From Candidatus Woesearchaeota archaeon (lineage in GTDB: Archaea; Nanobdellota; Nanobdellia; CAYMVK01; CAYYFB01): a stretch of 64,000 bases of DNA. This document shows, in pieces, positions 58,486-64,000 of the stretch. The DNA lies in assembly GCA_964471255.1 (NCBI GenBank), contig CAYYFB010000001.1, forward strand, positions 110,798 through 174,797. The letters run 5' to 3'. The number at the start of each line of letters is the position of its first letter. Positions within the stretch are counted from its first letter, which is position 1. The notes beneath the pieces are model-generated. The model did no database searches and was not told the DNA's origin. It worked only from the letters and a program-made list of their open reading frames with translations. A program made the position numbers and the translations under genes.

Positions 58486-61400
58486 ATGGGTAGAAAGGTA
58501 AGTATAGTTGTTATCTTTTTTCTCTTCTTGCCGGTAGTGTTCCCAGTAGGTAGAAGTTTCATAGTCAGAAACATTTCTAACCCTAATCAAGTATTTTTCA
58601 TAGTAAATGGAACGAAAGGGTACGTAGGAATTGGAACTAATGCGCCAGCCTATCCATTAGACGTAATTGGAACCATTAGAGGAACCGGGTTAATAATAAC
58701 CACAGGACCTGTAACCCTGCCAGATAATTCTATTCTGGATAGATATATCCAAGATTTGAGCTGGGCCAAACTAAGAAATTATCCAACAGGATGTCCAACC
58801 GGCTATGCAGTTCAGATTATAGGAGATACTCTTACATGTACTCCAGTTAACCCTGAAGGGACGATTACCGGGTCTGGAGTGGCCGGTTATATTGCAAAAT
58901 TCAATGGAACCTCAACACTTACAACTTCAGTAATATACGAGAGTGGAGGAAAAATCGGAATAGGGACCACATCCCCAGCTTATGAATTAGATGTCTCTGG
59001 AAGTGCAAGAATAACAGGAGATTTTATATGTACGGATTGTATTACTTTAGGATCTGAGACACAAGGGAATTACGTTGCAAAAATCACTTCTAATGCTCCA
59101 ATTGCTGTTTCTGGAGGGGCTGGAGAAGGAGTAACTAATACAATTTCTCTTAACTATAATACCACAGTCTTCGCTTTGGATCAAAATAACTATCTTACCC
59201 TAAGCACCCCTTATTACACAGGTTCGGTCTATGATTCAAGATTTATCAATGAGGGGCAAAGTGCTGGAGGCGATCTCTCCGGAACTTACCCAAACCCTAA
59301 AGTAATAGCCATACAGGGAAGACCTGTAAGTTCAGCTGCTCCAGCTACTAATCAAGTGTTAATGTGGGACGGAAGCCAATGGAAACCAGCCGATGTTGAT
59401 GCTTCGCCCACCAACGAGCTCCAGAACATCTGGTATACTATCGCTGTTCCAGCAGGAACTAATCCAGAGCCAGATTCAACTCAAGATACTCTTACTCTAA
59501 CTGTAGCAAGTGGCTCTGGATTGACAATTACTGGAGATGCAACAACTGATACTATAACCTTTGGTACGGATTTCTCAGTAATACAAAAAAGAGTTACAGG
59601 AACATGTCCTGCAGGTAGTGCAATCGCTGTTATAAATGAGGATGGGAGCGTATCTTGCCTAGATGTAACAGGAGCCGGTCTTTCGGTCAGTGGTAACACA
59701 ATCAATGTAAATGTGAATACCAACAAAGGATTACAAATAGTAAGCGATGCTTTGGAAGTTAAACTCGGCACAGGTTTAGCCTTTGATGGATCGGGAAATA
59801 TCTATGTAAAATACGGCTCTGCTGCAGGAACTGCGGCAGAGGGTAACAAACAAATAACAATTTCAGCAGGCTCTGGATTAACGGGAGGAGGAACAATAAC
59901 GATAGGAGCTGGAGGAAGCGTAACCATAAGTCATGCCGATACTTCTTCTCAATCTTCTGTGGATAACACAGGAGGAACTGTAATCCAAGATATTACCTTA
60001 GATACTTACGGGCATGTAACGGGAATAAGCTCCGTTAATCTGGATAATAGGTATTACACAAAATCTCAGGCAGATTCGAGGTTTACAAATGTAGACCAAG
60101 ATGAAACAATTTCTGGAAGCTGGACTTTCTTAAATGATGTAACATTCATGAAGAATCTCAGGGTTGCTGGAAATATTACCTACGTAAATATGCAAACATT
60201 AAACGTAAATGGTTCCTTAATTCCTCCCGTGGATAATTGGTTCAGCATAGGGAACTCAACTAATAGGTGGAAAAATGCATATTTCGCAGGAACAGTAAAG
60301 GCCTCGGTTTTAAGTGGAGACTTAAGCTGCAGTGGATGCGTTGGTTCAACAGAAATTGCTGATAATTCTATTACTAGCGCTGATATAAGTGATTCAGTAA
60401 AGTATGTTTCTGTTCAAAATTCAGCTGGAACAGAGCAATTTGCGGTCACCGATGGAAAAAAATCCTTACAATTTGCTGTTGGAGGAGGCTTAAGTATAAA
60501 CTTTGACCCAACCAATCACAGGATAACTTATTCACACGCAGATACATCTTCACAAAGTTCAGTCAGTAATAGCGGGGGAAAAGTTATTCAAAGCGTTAGT
60601 TTGGACACTTATGGGCATGTAACAGGTCTAACTTCAACAGATTTAGACAATAGATATTATACAAAATCTGAAGCCGATTCAAGGTTTGTTAATGCGGCTG
60701 GAGATACTATGGGAGGATATTTAAATTTCAATATTGTTAAATCTGGTAACTCTGCAGGAATAAGGTGGAGCGGACTAAGTGATGAGTACAAAATCTATGT
60801 AAGAGAAACGGCAGGGAGCGAGGATACAGATCTTGTAATTGAATATGCAGACAACGCAAACCAGGACAACATTGTCTTCCTGATGAATCCCTACAATACA
60901 TACCCAAAAGAAGTCCTTGTGTTAAGATATAGCGATATAATAGCAAATGCAACTGTAAGGCCCTTGTTAAATAATATAAATAATTTAGGCACCTCTAGCT
61001 ACCAGTGGGCAAATATTTACGGAGTAAATGTTTATCAATCCGGAAATAAGGTTTTAGATACAGCCACAACTTTTACTGACTCAGCATCTAGTGATATAGA
61101 CGTTTCTGGAACTTACAACTCGTTAAATTTGCAAATTAAGACTGGGGCTGTTGGAAGTAGTGAAATAGCTGATGGAAGTATAACAAATGCAGATATAAAT
61201 ATTAACACAAAGTTTGTTTCAGTACAAGATTCTTCAGGAAGCGAGAAATTTCCAGTAACTAATGGGAATAACGCATTAAAATTTGAAGGAAGCGGAAGTG
61301 TTAGCATTAGCTTTGACTCTACAAACCATAAAGTGATAATAACGGGTTCTGGAATTACAGATTGTTCTCAATGTGATTCAAGGTTTGTTAATGCGGCTGG

Positions 61401-62127
61401 AGATACTATGACCGGGGATTTGAACATGCAGGATCATAACATAAAAGATGCTAATAATGTAGAAACAAATGCAATTTATGACCCGGAGGATAGTAGAATA
61501 GAGATCAAAGATACTGCTATAATCTACGATACAGCCACGGGGGATCAGTATGACTACGATGTAAGGATTGGTGGGGATGCAGCAAATGCTTTATATATAG
61601 ATACAGCAGAAGGAGCCGGATTGGTCAATCTAGTAGCTGGAGCTTATTGGGATGGCTCCAAATACGTTTATGGAGGATCTAGAGGGGCTTCTAGAATTGA
61701 GTTGCATGATGGGGAATTTTATTTATATGTTGGAGGGACATCAGGAACTGCAGGGAACGAGGTGAGCTGGAAAGAAGTAATGCGTGGAGAATCAGATGGG
61801 GATGCATATTTCCCATACAGAATTGGAGTTGGGGTTTCACCATCCGAAAAGTTGGAGGTTGCTGGGAATGTAAAGGCAAAAAATCTATATCTGAATCAAG
61901 GCCAAAATGAGGGATCAATTTACAATGTAGATATAATAAAAGGGTATAACGATATAAGATTCAGGTTGGGAACATCTTCCAAATTCTACTTTCAAGATTC
62001 TGCAGGAAATACCAAGGCATGGGTAGATTACAACGGAAATATGTATCTAGCTGGAAATACTATTAATCTTAATGGAGTATATATCAAAAAAGTAGGAAGT
62101 GATATTTACATAAGCGATTCTCCTTAG
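58486..62127 (+). CDS. giant secreted repeat protein (GIGT repeats, duplicated 'SHADTSSQSS..DTYGHVTG..DNRYYTKS.ADSRF' cassettes, 'GDTMTGDL' motif)
   Basis: 1213 aa. Signal peptide. Internal near-duplicate cassettes. Phage-tail-fibre-like short motifs. Confidence 0.6.
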   Translation: MGRKVSIVVIFFLFLPVVFPVGRSFIVRNISNPNQVFFIVNGTKGYVGIGTNAPAYPLDVIGTIRGTGLIITTGPVTLPDNSILDRYIQDLSWAKLRNYPTGCPTGYAVQIIGDTLTCTPVNPEGTITGSGVAGYIAKFNGTSTLTTSVIYESGGKIGIGTTSPAYELDVSGSARITGDFICTDCITLGSETQGNYVAKITSNAPIAVSGGAGEGVTNTISLNYNTTVFALDQNNYLTLSTPYYTGSVYDSRFINEGQSAGGDLSGTYPNPKVIAIQGRPVSSAAPATNQVLMWDGSQWKPADVDASPTNELQNIWYTIAVPAGTNPEPDSTQDTLTLTVASGSGLTITGDATTDTITFGTDFSVIQKRVTGTCPAGSAIAVINEDGSVSCLDVTGAGLSVSGNTINVNVNTNKGLQIVSDALEVKLGTGLAFDGSGNIYVKYGSAAGTAAEGNKQITISAGSGLTGGGTITIGAGGSVTISHADTSSQSSVDNTGGTVIQDITLDTYGHVTGISSVNLDNRYYTKSQADSRFTNVDQDETISGSWTFLNDVTFMKNLRVAGNITYVNMQTLNVNGSLIPPVDNWFSIGNSTNRWKNAYFAGTVKASVLSGDLSCSGCVGSTEIADNSITSADISDSVKYVSVQNSAGTEQFAVTDGKKSLQFAVGGGLSINFDPTNHRITYSHADTSSQSSVSNSGGKVIQSVSLDTYGHVTGLTSTDLDNRYYTKSEADSRFVNAAGDTMGGYLNFNIVKSGNSAGIRWSGLSDEYKIYVRETAGSEDTDLVIEYADNANQDNIVFLMNPYNTYPKEVLVLRYSDIIANATVRPLLNNINNLGTSSYQWANIYGVNVYQSGNKVLDTATTFTDSASSDIDVSGTYNSLNLQIKTGAVGSSEIADGSITNADININTKFVSVQDSSGSEKFPVTNGNNALKFEGSGSVSISFDSTNHKVIITGSGITDCSQCDSRFVNAAGDTMTGDLNMQDHNIKDANNVETNAIYDPEDSRIEIKDTAIIYDTATGDQYDYDVRIGGDAANALYIDTAEGAGLVNLVAGAYWDGSKYVYGGSRGASRIELHDGEFYLYVGGTSGTAGNEVSWKEVMRGESDGDAYFPYRIGVGVSPSEKLEVAGNVKAKNLYLNQGQNEGSIYNVDIIKGYNDIRFRLGTSSKFYFQDSAGNTKAWVDYNGNMYLAGNTINLNGVYIKKVGSDIYISDSP

Positions 62128-62177
62128 TTTCTTTTCTTTCTAAATATTTTTAATACCTTTTTATTTCTTTTATTTCT

Positions 62178-64000
62178 ATGAAAAGACTATACCTAGTTTT
62201 CTTATTGCCTTTCTTAGGCATTGTTTTCTCGGCAGTAGTGCTAAATGCAACTGATAAAGTAGAAATGAAAGTAAGTGGAAACGTGTGGTTTAGAGTAACT
62301 TCAGCAGGAGATTTGGTTGCCCCTGCACTAACAAGTTGCTTATTCCTTTACACAGACAGTAGTGGAACTTTTCATTGTGGAACATATACTCCAGTAAAAA
62401 GCACTGGAAGTGCTGGTTATCTAGCTAAATTTATTGACGCAACGACCATAGGGAACTCCATCATTTATGAAACTGGAGGAAAAATTGGAATAGGGACAAC
62501 CTCACCCTTTTCTAAACTTTTTGTTAGTGGTGGTAAGATCAGAATTCACTCTACTGACAAGGGTGGAGGCCAGCTTCAAATAGGAAATCCAAACGACGAT
62601 GAAGCTAGTCTAGGTTTTTTTACTGATGTTGCAGCTGATTGGAGCTCTTATTCTCACGGATGGGTAATAGGCCCAGATGTATGGGGTATAGGAACCGGAA
62701 AATTTGGAATAGGAAGTTATGGAGGACCATATAATGTTAAGTTAACTATAGAGGAATCGACAGGGAATGTTGGAATAGGAACTACTTCTCCCGCTTATAA
62801 ACTGGATGTCTCAGGAGATGCAAGAGTAACAGGGACATTATATGCAAATACAAGAGTTGTTGTAAATTCAAAATGCATCTCAATACCAGCCAACACTGAA
62901 AAGTGGATAAGGGTAGCTGAATCAACAAGCAACGCGGCTAGACAAGCAGGACTATTTGTCGCTAGATGGAGTGTCGGTGGCCAACATGGGCATGTAATAT
63001 TCTACGCTGGAGCAGACTATGGAGCAGATTATGGGATCAGATTGACCATAATAGGCGCAGATAGATTCGGAGACCAAGGAGTTGATAAAATAAGAATTTT
63101 AGAAAATCGAACCTACGACCCGATGTATTTAGAGTTGTATGTTGATAATAATAATGCTAATTATGCGATGACTGTTTGTGTAGATCAACTATATCGTGGT
63201 TATAATGGCTGGAATTTAATTGACATAACAGACGGAGGTGTCCCAGCTGGCTATACTTCGCATGAAATAGACGCAAACACTGCTTTTGCTGTTAATGAGA
63301 ATAGCAAGATATTTACAGTAGAGGAAAACGGTAATGTAGGAATAGGAACGGCATCTCCAGCTGATAAATTACATGTAAAGGGATGGTTAAGAATAGAAGA
63401 CACAGATACCTCTGATTATGTAAAAATATCTACAGATGGATGGGCACACTTTGTAACAACTAAGAATGTAATAGATTTTCAGCCTCAAAATATAAACTAC
63501 GAAGAGGGTGTGAGAATATATGTTGATGGGAATGGAAAAGGAGCAATAAGGGTTGATGGCGATGCAATATTAGCAGCTGAAGCCGGAAAAGTGGGGATCG
63601 GGACAACTTCCCCAGACTCTAAACTACATATAATAGGTGGGGTTTGTATAGAATCTAGCGATTCTGGTTGTTCTCAATCTGCTGGAAACTTAAAAGTTAG
63701 TGGAACCGCTACTGTAGGTGATTTAAGTTGTAGTAACTGTGTTGCACTAGGTTCAGAGACTTCTGGTGTCTTGCCTCTAGCTGAGGGTGGAACAGGATCA
63801 AGCTTGAGTGATCCTAATGACGATAGAATATTATTTTGGGATGATTCAGCTAGCAAAGTAACCTGGCTAGATGTAGGAGGTGGTTTGGCTATTAGTGGAA
63901 CTACAATATCGCACGCAGACACTTCCTCTCAATCTTCAGTAGACAATTCTGGAGGAACTGTGATTCAAGATATCACTTTGGACACTTATGGGCATGTAAC
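62178..64000 (+). CDS. third giant secreted repeat protein (partial; continues past window end)
   Basis: ATG at 62178 (MKRLYLVFLLPFLGIVFSAVVLNA). Frame open to the window end. Shares GIGT repeats and the SHADTSSQSS cassette with the 58486 gene. Confidence 0.55.
   Translation, partial: MKRLYLVFLLPFLGIVFSAVVLNATDKVEMKVSGNVWFRVTSAGDLVAPALTSCLFLYTDSSGTFHCGTYTPVKSTGSAGYLAKFIDATTIGNSIIYETGGKIGIGTTSPFSKLFVSGGKIRIHSTDKGGGQLQIGNPNDDEASLGFFTDVAADWSSYSHGWVIGPDVWGIGTGKFGIGSYGGPYNVKLTIEESTGNVGIGTTSPAYKLDVSGDARVTGTLYANTRVVVNSKCISIPANTEKWIRVAESTSNAARQAGLFVARWSVGGQHGHVIFYAGADYGADYGIRLTIIGADRFGDQGVDKIRILENRTYDPMYLELYVDNNNANYAMTVCVDQLYRGYNGWNLIDITDGGVPAGYTSHEIDANTAFAVNENSKIFTVEENGNVGIGTASPADKLHVKGWLRIEDTDTSDYVKISTDGWAHFVTTKNVIDFQPQNINYEEGVRIYVDGNGKGAIRVDGDAILAAEAGKVGIGTTSPDSKLHIIGGVCIESSDSGCSQSAGNLKVSGTATVGDLSCSNCVALGSETSGVLPLAEGGTGSSLSDPNDDRILFWDDSASKVTWLDVGGGLAISGTTISHADTSSQSSVDNSGGTVIQDITLDTYGHV

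Overview
Low-GC (~33%) archaeal chromosome segment with very GC-rich stable RNAs, as expected for a (hyper)thermophile. The lineage has histones and PolD, so a euryarchaeal or DPANN-like origin is a guess; I cannot assign a taxon from sequence alone. Recognisable housekeeping genes: archaeal SAM synthetase, PolD small subunit DP1, thermosome, single-chain reverse gyrase, TruD/Pus7, aEF-1beta, isoleucyl-tRNA synthetase, Mre11-like nuclease, rhomboid protease, aMBF1, Nob1, UMP kinase, MinD/ParA ATPase, FIST protein, dCTP deaminase, Trm5/Taw2-like and TrmI methyltransferases, arginase-family hydrolase, histone, TFS, ferredoxin. RNA genes: tRNA-Trp(CCA) with anticodon-loop intron, tRNA-Glu(UUC), tRNA-Pro(UGG), tRNA-Gly(CCC), tRNA-Val(GAC), a solitary 5S rRNA, and a ~285-nt RNase P RNA candidate that the ORF track misreads as three ORFs. 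Accessory content dominates the rest. (1) 0.25-13.7 kb is a long co-directional operon: a FlaJ/TadC-like polytopic membrane protein, then about ten N-terminally anchored, Cys-rich proteins, several with class-III (prepilin-like) signal peptides, with micro-ORFs between them, ending in a 1144-aa Cys-rich secreted protein. (2) 23.2-29.3 kb is a Tad/archaeal type-IV-pilus-like module: pilin, FlaI/TadA ATPase, split TadB/TadC. A prepilin peptidase (35.2 kb) and a second pilin (36.8 kb) lie nearby. (3) 55.9 to >64 kb holds three tandem giant secreted proteins built from tail-fibre-like 'GIGT..P..KLHV/LDV' and 'GDTMTGDL' repeats that share DNA-level cassettes. Further observations: a RelE-type toxin gene interrupted by an in-frame TAG, sitting between tRNA-Val and a degenerate copy of the tRNA-Val 3' half (integrated-element remnant); and a strongly over-represented oligonucleotide YTCTGGAGCGG scattered on both strands and in all reading frames. 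No CRISPR array seen.
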